47,309 nt of DNA, from assembly GCA_964473335.1 (NCBI GenBank), contig CAYYOO010000001.1:14436-61744 (forward strand), given 5' to 3'. A program made the position numbers and the translations under genes. The notes beneath the pieces are model-generated. The model searched no databases. It was not told where the DNA came from and worked only from the letters and a program-made list of their open reading frames with translations. This DNA comes from an uncultured Thermoplasmatales archaeon (GTDB lineage: Archaea; Thermoplasmatota; E2; DHVEG-1). Positions 8,948 through 20,434 of this stretch are shown here, piece by piece (the first letter of the stretch is position 1; every line of letters starts with the position of its first letter).

Positions 8948-9703
8948 ATGGTATTTAAAAGGAAAAAAATACACTTGTTCCTAATGCTTTTTTTAATAAT
9001 CTTTATTTTATTTTCTCCAAAAACTTTTGCTCAAAATTATTATGCTGATATAGAAATCACAGTTGATCAAGTAGGCAATGTTGATATTGAAGGTACATCA
9101 AATCATCCTGATTTAATTACAAAAAATACAGACAATTATACATATAAAAAACAGAGCTATTGGTTTTTAAATATCACTAAACAAGAGATTTTTTCAGATT
9201 ACATATACACTGTTAATCTACCAAAAGGATCGATTATCAACTATATTGATGCATCTGGTTTTAACGGAATTAAAGAAGAAGAGGGAACTTTAATTATAAC
9301 AGGCTTGGGTAACAATGAAAAACTATCAATTGCTGTGCAATATCAGATTGGAAAAACATCAGAAGATCTTTCAACAAATGATTTGATATTAGGAATATTT
9401 TTGATTCTTATAATCAGTTTAACAATTCTTCTTATATATTTTATCTATGAAGAAAAAACTAAAGAGAAAGTGATTTCTAAAGATAAAAATAAATATAACC
9501 TAAAGGGCCTTAATAAAAGACAAAAAGAAATAATGAGTCTTTTAATTGATAAAAAAAGACCGCTCACTCAAACTGATATTCAAAAAGAACTAGATATACC
9601 AAAAGCAGCTGTTTCAAGGAACGTTCATTCTTTAGAAATTAAAGAACTTGTTGAAATAGAAAAAACAGGTATGTCAAATTTAATTCGATTGAAAAAACAA
9701 TAA
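8948..9703 (+). CDS. Membrane-tethered winged-helix regulator (signal/TM, ~130-aa extracytoplasmic domain, TM, cytoplasmic MarR/ArsR-like wHTH)
   Basis: N-terminal hydrophobic segment, central TM (LILGIFLILIISLTILLIYFIY), and C-terminal LNKRQKEIMSLLIDKKRPLTQTDIQKELDIPKAAVSRNVHSLEIKELVEIEK. Confidence 0.6.
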   Translation: MVFKRKKIHLFLMLFLIIFILFSPKTFAQNYYADIEITVDQVGNVDIEGTSNHPDLITKNTDNYTYKKQSYWFLNITKQEIFSDYIYTVNLPKGSIINYIDASGFNGIKEEEGTLIITGLGNNEKLSIAVQYQIGKTSEDLSTNDLILGIFLILIISLTILLIYFIYEEKTKEKVISKDKNKYNLKGLNKRQKEIMSLLIDKKRPLTQTDIQKELDIPKAAVSRNVHSLEIKELVEIEKTGMSNLIRLKKQ

Positions 9704-9726
9704 TTTTTTTCTTTTTTATTCTCTTT

Positions 9727-9766
9727 TTCCGGTTTGTTCCGCCTTGTTCCGGTTAGATTATATATG
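9727..9766 (+). promoter_or_regulatory. Three TTCCG motifs phased at exactly 10 bp (9727, 9737, 9747), abutting a TATA-like box (GATTATATAT)
   Basis: TTCCGGTTTGTTCCGCCTTGTTCCGGTT followed by AGATTATATATG. It lies about 55-95 nt upstream of the ATG at 9821 and just downstream of a T-rich terminator-like run. Confidence 0.45.
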
Positions 9767-9820
9767 CTGTTTCATCCAATATTAAATTGAACTTGGGAAA
9801 AAATCCGAGGTGTATTTGAT

Positions 9821-10825
9821 ATGAAAAAAATAAAGGGTTTAATAATTGTGCTAATGCTTCTTATCTCAATTTCATCATTAGCATTAGCTGAAGAAGCTGA
9901 AGACAATTCAGGTGAAGAAAATGAACTTGAAGAAACAAGTGAAAATAATGAAAATGAAACTGAAGAACCAGATGTAAATGAAACAGAGGATCCAGTTGAT
10001 AACGAAACTGAAGATGAAATCAGAATAATGAATAATTCTCTTGGTGCTGAAATTAGACTTTTACAACTCGAAAAAGCAATAACAAGAAATTTATTGAAAG
10101 GAAAAATGGCAGTTGATGTTTTAGAAGGACTTGATTATAACACAACTGATTTAGAAGCAATCCTTGATGAATTAGAAATAGTATTAGATCAAGTAAAAAA
10201 TGCTGACCCAGAGGAAAACAACCAAGCTGAAGTTTTTGTTGGATTAAAGCTTGATTCTATAAATCTTACAAAACAATATAGAGATACTTTACGAGAATTA
10301 GTCAAAGGCTCTGATTATAGGAGTATAAAGGAACAAATAAAGGGAAATGTAACTGATCTTGAAAACTATAGTAAAAAGATAAGAAACAGAATTAAACAGT
10401 TCAATAGAAACCAGATGTATAGATTGTACGGAGTGATTGGTGATGGAAATAATTCATTTGTAAATCAGTATATGAATGGTACAGTGAATCTAACACAAGT
10501 TAAACTACAGCTAAATAAAATGGTCAATACGAAAGCAAAAGAAAAGAAACAAGAAATATTTTCACATATGCAAAAAGAGATGATCCAAAACAAAGCTTTT
10601 GGAAATGCTCTTGCAAAGAAAGTAAAAGCTAATTTCACTGAAAGAAAACAAGAACGATTACAAGAAAGACTAGAGAGAGCAAATGAAACTGGTAACGAAA
10701 AACTAATGGAAAAAATTCAAGAAAAGATTCAGGAGAATCAAAATAACATGGGTTATCCTGGAAAGGAAAATTCTATTAATGGCAATGGCAAAGGTAATAG
10801 TGGCTCAAAAGGAAAAGGTAAATAA
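9821..10825 (+). CDS. Secreted acidic / coiled-coil protein of unknown function
   Basis: Signal peptide (LLISISSLALA), an acidic NETE-repeat linker, long helical K/E-rich regions and a Gly/Lys tail (GNGKGNSGSKGKGK). Confidence 0.5.
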   Translation: MKKIKGLIIVLMLLISISSLALAEEAEDNSGEENELEETSENNENETEEPDVNETEDPVDNETEDEIRIMNNSLGAEIRLLQLEKAITRNLLKGKMAVDVLEGLDYNTTDLEAILDELEIVLDQVKNADPEENNQAEVFVGLKLDSINLTKQYRDTLRELVKGSDYRSIKEQIKGNVTDLENYSKKIRNRIKQFNRNQMYRLYGVIGDGNNSFVNQYMNGTVNLTQVKLQLNKMVNTKAKEKKQEIFSHMQKEMIQNKAFGNALAKKVKANFTERKQERLQERLERANETGNEKLMEKIQEKIQENQNNMGYPGKENSINGNGKGNSGSKGKGK

Positions 10826-10839
10826 AGGAAGTGATATAG

Positions 10840-11049
10840 ATGAACAATAAAATAATAACAACATTAGTCCTTTTGATTGTAGTAATTTCTGCAACCATAC
10901 TTTTTGTCTCGTTCAATCAATCAGACACCGAAAATAATCAGAACAGTTATCCCTCAGAGGGTCAAATATCGGAAGATGACATCTCAGATGAAGTTGATGA
11001 ATTCTTTATATCTGAAGATGAAGAAGTAGATATCGGCGATATGATTTAA
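10840..11049 (+). CDS. Small single-pass membrane protein with an acidic C-terminal tail
   Basis: 69 aa, one TM, then a D/E-rich tail. Starts 14 nt downstream of the previous gene, with AAGGAAG upstream. Confidence 0.4.
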   Translation: MNNKIITTLVLLIVVISATILFVSFNQSDTENNQNSYPSEGQISEDDISDEVDEFFISEDEEVDIGDMI

Positions 11050-11118
11050 TCATAAAAACGTTCTTTTTCTTTTTTAACAACGTAAGTATTAAATTTAACA
11101 TATGTATTTTACAAAGCA

Positions 11119-11175
11119 GTGATGAACGAACCCTTTCTGAGACTTTTAGTCAATGATGAAGATCTTGAGTGCTGA
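11119..11175 (+). ncRNA. Candidate C/D box sRNA (2'-O-methylation guide)
   Basis: GTGATGA (C, 11119-11125), 11 nt, CTGA (D', 11137-11140), 12 nt, ATGATGA (C', 11153-11159), 12 nt, CTGA (D, 11172-11175). About 57 nt, in a convergent intergenic gap. Confidence 0.6.
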
Positions 11176-11183
11176 AAAGATTG

Positions 11184-11624
11184 CTAGATATGCTCACTGA
11201 GCATATCAGCAACACTCTTTAAAAAATCTGAATCTTTTTTTGTAAAAGCAGCTTTTTTATCTGAATCAATATCAATCTCGCCAACTATTTTACCATTCTT
11301 TTTAATTGGTACCACAATCTCAGATCTTGTTGATACAAAGCAAGATAGATACCTATCATCAGAATAGACATCATCAACAATTTCTATTTTACCCGTTTCT
11401 GCAGCACTACCACAAACGCCTTTTCCAATTGGTATTTTTGTATGTTCTGTTGCATTTGGTCCTTTCCACGGACCTAAAACAAGGTTTGAATCATTGACAA
11501 TATAGATTCCTACCCAAGAATAACTCTCAAAATTTTCATATAAATAGTTTACAACATTTTTTATTACATCAATATTTGATTTAACAATCATTTCAATTTC
11601 ATTTAAAGCTTCATCATAATTCAT
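11184..11624 (-). CDS. GAF-domain protein of the YebR / free methionine-(R)-sulfoxide reductase family
   Basis: 146 aa. Motifs SWVGIYIV, GVCGSAAETGKIEIVDDV, YLSCFVSTRSEIVVPI and GEIDIDS are typical of this single-GAF family. Confidence 0.65.
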   Translation of the reverse strand: MNYDEALNEIEMIVKSNIDVIKNVVNYLYENFESYSWVGIYIVNDSNLVLGPWKGPNATEHTKIPIGKGVCGSAAETGKIEIVDDVYSDDRYLSCFVSTRSEIVVPIKKNGKIVGEIDIDSDKKAAFTKKDSDFLKSVADMLSEHI

Positions 11625-11633
11625 ATTATCACA

Positions 11634-12866
11634 TTAAGAATAATCTGAAAGACTAGATTGTCTGTCACTTGGGCCTAGATTTGCTATATTAATATATTCG
11701 TCATTTGGAAGTTTAATCTTACCATATTCTCCACCACCACCAGGAATAATTATGACTTTTTTATCACGAAATGCCTGTATTGCGTTAGTTATTGCTGGAG
11801 CAGTAACTTTAGATACCTCATTGATATCTGCCTCAAGTAAGACATTTATTTCACTACCAAAAACATTTACTAGTTCATCAAAACGTTTAGTAACAGTTTT
11901 AGTAAAAGGATTTCTCTGGCCAACAGCTTTAGTAATTATCTCAGCCATTGGAATAAGATGAACATATTCAGGCCTATGTTCAGGATGCTCAGGCTCAATT
12001 AATTCAGCTTTTTCATTGATATTGTCCTTAACTCCTTTTTTGATTCTCCCACCACAGCTACACTTAAAACGCCTGCGTATTGCATCCTCAATATCATAAT
12101 GAGTGTAACACTTTCTACATGCAGTTTCATGATATTTACCCTCTTGAGGCGGAAGACCTACATTTAAAACTGGTTTATTTCCATCTTTTCTTAAAATAGC
12201 TTTTTTAATTTCATTAAAAGTAGCATCTTTAACTTCAAAACGATTAAACTCACGACCAATTCTTACAGGATGAGGGCTATGACAATCTGAATTAGTAAGA
12301 AAAGTAAGTCTGTGAAGTTCTTTTATTTTATCAGCAAAAAAACTATCAGCACTTAGGCCGAGTTCTAAAAAACTAATGTAATCAACCATATCGCCATAAC
12401 AATCACGAAGTGAATCATAAGCAGCATACATGGAGGTATATGGTGTAAATGCATGAGCAGGACCAATTAATGCATCAACATCTCTAGCGATTTCAGCAAG
12501 TTCTTCACCCGAGAGATTAACATTAGGTCTGCCATCGGTTTCTAGATTCTTTGATTTAGGTTTTATTCTTTCCTTAAAATCAAGAACTGAGGGAAAACTA
12601 GGGAAAAAAACAAGATGATGAACACGTTTAATTGCCTCAATTTCAACTGTGAGAATAAAACGAGTATCATTTAGTTCGAAGGTTCCCTCTTCAACTAAAT
12701 TACACTGCTTGATTTCTTTAAGCCAGCCACTGTGAAGACAATCACCGGTTCCAACAATATCAATACCCTTTCTAGGAGCCTCTTTTGAAATGGTCTCAAT
12801 ATTCATTTTGTTGCTAGTTGCTCCTGAAAAACGAGAATGAATGTGTAAATCAGCATTAACTATCAT
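11634..12866 (-). CDS. PHP-domain endonuclease, Endonuclease Q (EndoQ / TIGR00375)-like
   Basis: 410 aa. Motifs DLHIHSRFSGATS, GPAHAFTPYTS, SDCHSP and LGREFNRFEVKD, a Zn finger (CRKC...CSCGG) and C-terminal IIIPGGGGEYGKI, as remembered for Pyrococcus EndoQ. Confidence 0.7.
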   Translation of the reverse strand: MIVNADLHIHSRFSGATSNKMNIETISKEAPRKGIDIVGTGDCLHSGWLKEIKQCNLVEEGTFELNDTRFILTVEIEAIKRVHHLVFFPSFPSVLDFKERIKPKSKNLETDGRPNVNLSGEELAEIARDVDALIGPAHAFTPYTSMYAAYDSLRDCYGDMVDYISFLELGLSADSFFADKIKELHRLTFLTNSDCHSPHPVRIGREFNRFEVKDATFNEIKKAILRKDGNKPVLNVGLPPQEGKYHETACRKCYTHYDIEDAIRRRFKCSCGGRIKKGVKDNINEKAELIEPEHPEHRPEYVHLIPMAEIITKAVGQRNPFTKTVTKRFDELVNVFGSEINVLLEADINEVSKVTAPAITNAIQAFRDKKVIIIPGGGGEYGKIKLPNDEYINIANLGPSDRQSSLSDYS

Positions 12867-12931
12867 ATTATAAACAAAATCCCTCTTTTTTTGATATATG
12901 ATATGTTACTTATTGAATTTACTGAGATTGA

Positions 12932-14725
12932 TTACAATTTTTTACCGCAATTAGTGCAAAACTTAGCATCTTTTTTGATATTTTTACCGCAAAAAGGGCA
13001 AACCTCTTCTATTTTTTCTTCTTTTTTGTTGGCTTTTTCAGAAACCAGTTTTTCATCAGTTGATTTAGTTTTTTTCTCTTTTTTAACTTTATCCTTAGTT
13101 TTTTTAGGTTCAATCTTTGGTTCGAAAAATTCTTTTTTTGATAAAAACTCAAGAGCTCCTGCAATAATAAATACTATTCCTGAAATAATCAAAAAAATTG
13201 CTCCATATCCTAGACCCCATTGAAAGGTAACACCGCCACTTGTTTCAGGGATAAAATCTTGAGTTCCATATGTACCACCAACAGGATTACTACTGATCTC
13301 ACCTAACAGTTCTGAAATAAAATTTCCAGAATCTGATCCACCTCCACCTGCAGAACCTAAACCAGTAAGAGATCCAATAAGCATTAATCCTAAGATTATT
13401 ACCAAAACTATTAAGATGAATCTTATACCTTTGAAAATATATTTTAAACCAAGCTTACTGCTCTTATAAATACCAACTGTTGCAAGAACCATAAATATAA
13501 AACCAATTAAGATCACATAGGTAAATGGAAAAACAATTGAACCCATAGGTACAGGTCCATATTGTGAGGGCATAAAAATCTGCATCCCGTTGATTCCATC
13601 AAGAGTAATAATATCTGTATTTCCGGTTGTAGGTAAGATATCAATGTTGATATCTGCAGAAACAACATACCAAGTACCAAACAGACCAACTATAGCTATA
13701 ACTATTGCAACAAAACACAGTATATTTCCAATTGTATGAAGATTTAAGCCATCGATATAAAACATTGAAATGATTCTTGGCCCAAGACCATGTTTTTTAT
13801 TTCTACGATATATCTTGAAAAATGAAATTGTAAGAAAGACTGCAGAGATCAATATAAAAAAAGTGAGAAAATTATACAAAAACCATTCCATTAAAAATAT
13901 ATTTTCATTTGCCTCCATTAAACCTGAGCCCCAAGACATGCCATCCCACATCTTATTACTTGACATATCAACCCTATATTTTGGACCTTGAGGACCAGCC
14001 TGACCCATATAAAAATCTTCTATACTATCCGTCTCACCCCAAAGACCCTCAAAATCAAGCCAAACCTGAGAATTCAATTCAACAAGATTGTAATCATTTG
14101 GTGTAAGTATTTTACCATTATTACCTACAATATCACTAGCAATACCCAGTTTTCCAGAGTATGATCTAAGATAATTAGCATGAGAGCCACGAGACACATA
14201 AACCTTTATATTATCATTATTTTTCTCAACAATATCCCAAGTCGCTCTTTGACCGCTGTAATGCTGGCTGTAACCAACCCATTTTTCACCAGAATTAGGA
14301 ATTACAACCTGGACCATCTCCCAGTCCCCTTCATGCTGGTTATGCTCACCAGGGTTGTATACATAAAACATCCAATATTGGATAACAGTACTTCCGCTAG
14401 AGGAGTTAATACTATAATAAACAGTTGGATAAACAGATGGATCATTATTTTTAAATTTATTTTGATAATCAGAAAGTAGATTATCATCTGCATCAAGATA
14501 AGGTAGTGATCCTCCACCCATTATTTCTTCATCCACTGTAAGATTACTTAAAACAGAATTATCTAAAAAATAATCAACATTTACTGGATAACATTTCTCT
14601 TCACCTTCAAAATATAAAATAGGTGCATAATCATCGGCATTTTGTGCATTTGCTGTAAAACCACAAAAAATGGTCAAAAAAAGTAAAATCACAGCAAAAA
14701 ATATACTAAATTTCAATTTTTTCAT
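12932..14725 (-). CDS. Fusion protein: signal peptide, Vps62/DUF946-like domain, polytopic membrane region, K/E-rich linker, C-terminal zinc ribbon
   Basis: YAPILYFEGEEKCYPVNVDYFL and HEGDWEMVQV motifs resemble the Vps62 family. They are followed by about 7 hydrophobic segments, then CPFCGKNIKKDAKFCTNCGKKL. Confidence 0.5.
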   Translation of the reverse strand: MKKLKFSIFFAVILLFLTIFCGFTANAQNADDYAPILYFEGEEKCYPVNVDYFLDNSVLSNLTVDEEIMGGGSLPYLDADDNLLSDYQNKFKNNDPSVYPTVYYSINSSSGSTVIQYWMFYVYNPGEHNQHEGDWEMVQVVIPNSGEKWVGYSQHYSGQRATWDIVEKNNDNIKVYVSRGSHANYLRSYSGKLGIASDIVGNNGKILTPNDYNLVELNSQVWLDFEGLWGETDSIEDFYMGQAGPQGPKYRVDMSSNKMWDGMSWGSGLMEANENIFLMEWFLYNFLTFFILISAVFLTISFFKIYRRNKKHGLGPRIISMFYIDGLNLHTIGNILCFVAIVIAIVGLFGTWYVVSADINIDILPTTGNTDIITLDGINGMQIFMPSQYGPVPMGSIVFPFTYVILIGFIFMVLATVGIYKSSKLGLKYIFKGIRFILIVLVIILGLMLIGSLTGLGSAGGGGSDSGNFISELLGEISSNPVGGTYGTQDFIPETSGGVTFQWGLGYGAIFLIISGIVFIIAGALEFLSKKEFFEPKIEPKKTKDKVKKEKKTKSTDEKLVSEKANKKEEKIEEVCPFCGKNIKKDAKFCTNCGKKL

Positions 14726-14789
14726 TTTTTATTCACCTAGAGAATAATTGTATATCTAAAAACTGTTTTTAATGTTTTTCAAATTACAA

Positions 14790-14816
14790 AAAAACATGGT
14801 CAAAAACCATGTTTTT
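14790..14816. promoter_or_regulatory. Perfect 11-bp inverted repeat AAAAACATGGT-caaaa-ACCATGTTTTT in the divergent promoter region between 14725(-) and gyrB
   Basis: Read directly from the sequence. It sits in the 212-bp divergent intergenic region. Confidence 0.4.
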
Positions 14817-14927
14817 AATAGTAACATTTATTAGCCTCTACTCCATATGAAAATAGTTCAAAAATAACCCTTGAGATGGGATGAGAAAATAGCTCTAAAA
14901 AATTAACCTATTTAGTGTAAATAATAA

Positions 14928-16862
<1,935 letters not shown>

Positions 16863-16871
16863 GGTGATGTT

Positions 16872-19364
16872 ATGACTGATGAAGAACTTCCAAAAAAAGA
16901 TATCACTAAAACCCTTGAATCAGAGATGAAACGTTCGTTTATTGATTATTCCATGAGCGTTATTATGAGCCGTGCTCTACCTGATGTAAGAGACGGACTA
17001 AAGCCAGTTCATAGACGAATATTATATTCAATGAATGAAATGGGGCTAACTAATAAAAAGCCCTATAAAAAATCCGCAAGAGTAGTGGGATTCACGCTTG
17101 GTCAATATCATCCACACGGCGATCAGGCTGTATATGATGCAATGGTTCGTATGGCTCAAGTTTTTTCACTGCGTTATCCTCTTGTTGACGGTCAAGGGAA
17201 TTTTGGATCGCAAGACGGAGACTCCGCTGCCTCGATGCGTTACACTGAGGCCAGACTTGCAAAAATTTCAGATTTTATGCTTCAAGATATAGGTAAAGAT
17301 ACAGTAGATTGGACTGATAATTTTGATGGAAGCTTGAAAGAACCTGTTATGCTTCCTGCTGTTATTCCAAATCTTCTTGTGAATGGGTCATCTGGTATAG
17401 CTGTTGGTATGGCAACAAATATGGCCCCACATAATCTAACTGAGGTAATCGATGGAACAATACAAGTAATTGACGACCCGGAAATTAATACAGTTGATTT
17501 GATGGAAACAATAAAGGGTCCTGATTTTCCAACCGGCGGAACGATTTATGGAAAAGCAGGGATATTGCAGGCTTATTCTGAAGGAAGAGGCCTACTGAGG
17601 GTACGTGCAAAGACAAATATTGAAGAAAAAGAAAACAAGAAAAGAATTATTATTAATGAACTTCCCTACCAAGTAAATAAAGCAAAGCTTTTACAGTCCA
17701 TTGCAAGACTCGTAAAAGACAAAAAAATAGAAGGGATAAGTGATCTTCGTGATGAATCTGATAGAGATGGTATGAGAGTTGTAATTCTTTTAAAGCGTGA
17801 TGCAATTGAAGAGGTGGTTCTATCTCAACTATACAAGCATACCGACATGCAGACAACTTTTGGTGTAAATAACTTGGCTATTGTTGATGGAGAACCAAAG
17901 ACACTTGGATTAAAAGAACTAATTACACATTTTATTGAGTACAGAGTTTTAATAATTACAAAAAGAACTGAATATGATCTTAAAAAAGCTCAAGAAAAAA
18001 TGCACATCCTTGAAGGATTCATGATCGCACTTAAAAACATTGATGAAGTAATTAAAATAATCCGCGGTAGTAAAACAGTTGATGAAGCAAAAGAAAAACT
18101 AATGGAAAGATTTGATTTTTCTGAAGAACAAGTAAAAGCAATACTTGATCTCAGGCTTCAAAAGCTTACAGGTATGGAAATTGAAAAGGTCGAGCAAGAC
18201 TACAAAGAAACAAAGGAATTAATTGAACAACTCGAGTGGCTCCTTTCTGATAGGCAGCATATTCTTGATGAAATCAAAAAAGAGCTAATCGAAATAAAAG
18301 AAAAATTCGGTGATGAGAGGCGAACAGATATTGTTGAAGGTGAAATCACTGTTGATATGGAGGATTTAATCCCCGAACAAGATGTTATTATAACTATCAC
18401 TGACAGTGGATACATTAAAAGAATACCATGTGAAACATACAGAGTGCAGCACCGCGGCGGAAAAGGCCTAGTTGGTATGAAAACAAAAGAAGAAGATGTA
18501 ATTGTTGATTCATTTATTACAAGCACTCATGATTATATTATGTTTTTTACAAATCACGGAAAATGCTTTTGGCTTAAAGGCTATAAGATTCCTGAGGGTG
18601 GGAGACACTCGAAAGGAAAGGCAATTGTAAACTTATTACCACGTCTTGAAGAAGGTGAATTTGTAGAAACTGCGATTCCAATTCATGAGTTTGATGATGA
18701 ACACAATTTAGTCTTTTCGACTAAAAACGGTCTAGTTAAAAAAACGGTTCTATCAAAATACAGTAACATTAGAGTAAACGGTGTACGTGCAATACGTCTT
18801 GATGAAGATGATGAACTGATTGCAACAAGGCTTTCTGATGGAAACCAGACAATTCTACTTGCCTCAGCAGAAGGCCAAGCATCTAAATTTGATGAAAAAG
18901 AGGTCAGGACAATGGGGAGAGTCACCCGTGGTGTTATTGGTATGAGACTTAAAAAGAAAGACAAAGTTGTATCAATGGCAATAGTCGAACATGAAGATGG
19001 AAATCTACTTACTATTACTGAAAATGGTTATGGTAAGAGATCACCTATATCTGAATATAGAAAGACACATAGAGGAAGTAAAGGTGTTAGAACAATTATA
19101 ACAAATGAACGTAACGGTAAAGTAATCTATGTTAGAGAACTCACTGACGATGATGAAATAATGCTTACAAGCAAATTGGGAATGGTAGTTAGAATTCCAG
19201 TAAAAGACATTCGAATACAAGGTAGAAACACAATGGGCGTTACAATTATGAGGCTAAATAAAGAGGATAAAGTCGTAAGTGTTTCAAAGATAATGGAAAA
19301 AGATGAAGACGAAGATAATCTCTGTGCCTCTGATGAAAATATTGCTGAGGAAGAGGAAGATTAA
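16872..19364 (+). CDS. gyrA: DNA gyrase subunit A
   Basis: Motifs [29 protein letters not shown] and the active-site MRYTEARL. C-terminal beta-pinwheel repeats and an acidic tail. No intein-sized insertion. Confidence 0.95.
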   Translation: MTDEELPKKDITKTLESEMKRSFIDYSMSVIMSRALPDVRDGLKPVHRRILYSMNEMGLTNKKPYKKSARVVGFTLGQYHPHGDQAVYDAMVRMAQVFSLRYPLVDGQGNFGSQDGDSAASMRYTEARLAKISDFMLQDIGKDTVDWTDNFDGSLKEPVMLPAVIPNLLVNGSSGIAVGMATNMAPHNLTEVIDGTIQVIDDPEINTVDLMETIKGPDFPTGGTIYGKAGILQAYSEGRGLLRVRAKTNIEEKENKKRIIINELPYQVNKAKLLQSIARLVKDKKIEGISDLRDESDRDGMRVVILLKRDAIEEVVLSQLYKHTDMQTTFGVNNLAIVDGEPKTLGLKELITHFIEYRVLIITKRTEYDLKKAQEKMHILEGFMIALKNIDEVIKIIRGSKTVDEAKEKLMERFDFSEEQVKAILDLRLQKLTGMEIEKVEQDYKETKELIEQLEWLLSDRQHILDEIKKELIEIKEKFGDERRTDIVEGEITVDMEDLIPEQDVIITITDSGYIKRIPCETYRVQHRGGKGLVGMKTKEEDVIVDSFITSTHDYIMFFTNHGKCFWLKGYKIPEGGRHSKGKAIVNLLPRLEEGEFVETAIPIHEFDDEHNLVFSTKNGLVKKTVLSKYSNIRVNGVRAIRLDEDDELIATRLSDGNQTILLASAEGQASKFDEKEVRTMGRVTRGVIGMRLKKKDKVVSMAIVEHEDGNLLTITENGYGKRSPISEYRKTHRGSKGVRTIITNERNGKVIYVRELTDDDEIMLTSKLGMVVRIPVKDIRIQGRNTMGVTIMRLNKEDKVVSVSKIMEKDEDEDNLCASDENIAEEEED

Positions 19365-20434
19365 CTAATAATATCTATAATTTTTTTGCTGCTTTGACCA
19401 TTGCCAAAAGGAGTATTCCAATTTCGTTCTACATTAATCATTTTATCAACTAATTTTATTATTTTATCTGGATTAGTCCCAGCAAGTACATTAGATTTAA
19501 CTTTAATTGTCTCTGGTCTCTCGGTGTTATCTCTCAATGTTACACATGGGATTTTTAATATACAACTCTCTTCTTGTATACCACCTGAATCTGTTAAAAT
19601 AAGTTTTGCGTTTGATTCTAGTTTTAAAAAATCTAGATAATCAACTGGCTCTATAAGTTTAACACCTCTAGGTTTTTTTATCTTAAATTCGCTTATTCTT
19701 TTATTAGTTCTAGGATGTACCGGGTAAACAACTGGTAGATTATATTTTAAATAAAGTTTTTCAAGACTTTGTAATATTTTTTCTAGTTTTTCTTTAACAT
19801 CTACGTTTTCTTGTCTGTGTGCTGTTACTAAAAAATATTTGTTTTTTTCTAGTTTTAATTCTGACAATATCTTACTTTTTTTAAGAGCTAGTTTTTTATT
19901 TCTTATAACTGCATCTACAACTGTGTTACCTGTTACAAATATTTTATTTTTATCAATATTTTCCTTCAAAGCAATTTCTTTGGATATATTTGTAGGACAG
20001 AAGAGATAATCAGATAAATGATCTGTTAGGATACGGTTTATTTCTTCAGGCATATTTCTATCATAACTTCGTAGACCTGCTTCAACATGACCGACTTTGA
20101 TACCTAGTTTTGTTGCAGCCAATCCACCTGCTAAAACAGTGTTAGTATCGCCCTGAACCAGTATTACATCAGGTTTTTCTTTTAACAAAACTTTTTCAAT
20201 TTTTTCTAAAATTTTACCTGTTTGCCCTCCATGTGTACCAGAGCCTACATCCAGGTTATATTTAGGTTCAGGTAATTCAAGGTTTTCAAAAAAGACCTTA
20301 TCCATGTTATAGGAATAATGCTGGCCTGTGTGAATAACAAAATAATCAAGATTGTTTTTATGACAGAGGCTTATGATTACTGACATTTTAATTATTTCAG
20401 GTCTTGTTCCTAAGACTATTCCAATCTTTTTCAT
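19361..20434 (-). CDS. wecB: UDP-N-acetylglucosamine 2-epimerase (non-hydrolysing, WecB-type)
   Basis: 357 aa. Motifs [34 protein letters not shown] and TDSGGIQEE. Its stop overlaps the gyrA stop by 4 nt (convergent). Confidence 0.85.
   Translation of the reverse strand: MKKIGIVLGTRPEIIKMSVIISLCHKNNLDYFVIHTGQHYSYNMDKVFFENLELPEPKYNLDVGSGTHGGQTGKILEKIEKVLLKEKPDVILVQGDTNTVLAGGLAATKLGIKVGHVEAGLRSYDRNMPEEINRILTDHLSDYLFCPTNISKEIALKENIDKNKIFVTGNTVVDAVIRNKKLALKKSKILSELKLEKNKYFLVTAHRQENVDVKEKLEKILQSLEKLYLKYNLPVVYPVHPRTNKRISEFKIKKPRGVKLIEPVDYLDFLKLESNAKLILTDSGGIQEESCILKIPCVTLRDNTERPETIKVKSNVLAGTNPDKIIKLVDKMINVERNWNTPFGNGQSSKKIIDIIS

Noticed and set aside
12891-14517. Several 65-110-aa ORFs on both strands inside the 597-aa gene
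   Set aside because: They are nested in or antisense to the long ORF with the Vps62-like domain and TM domains. None has a start context or motifs.
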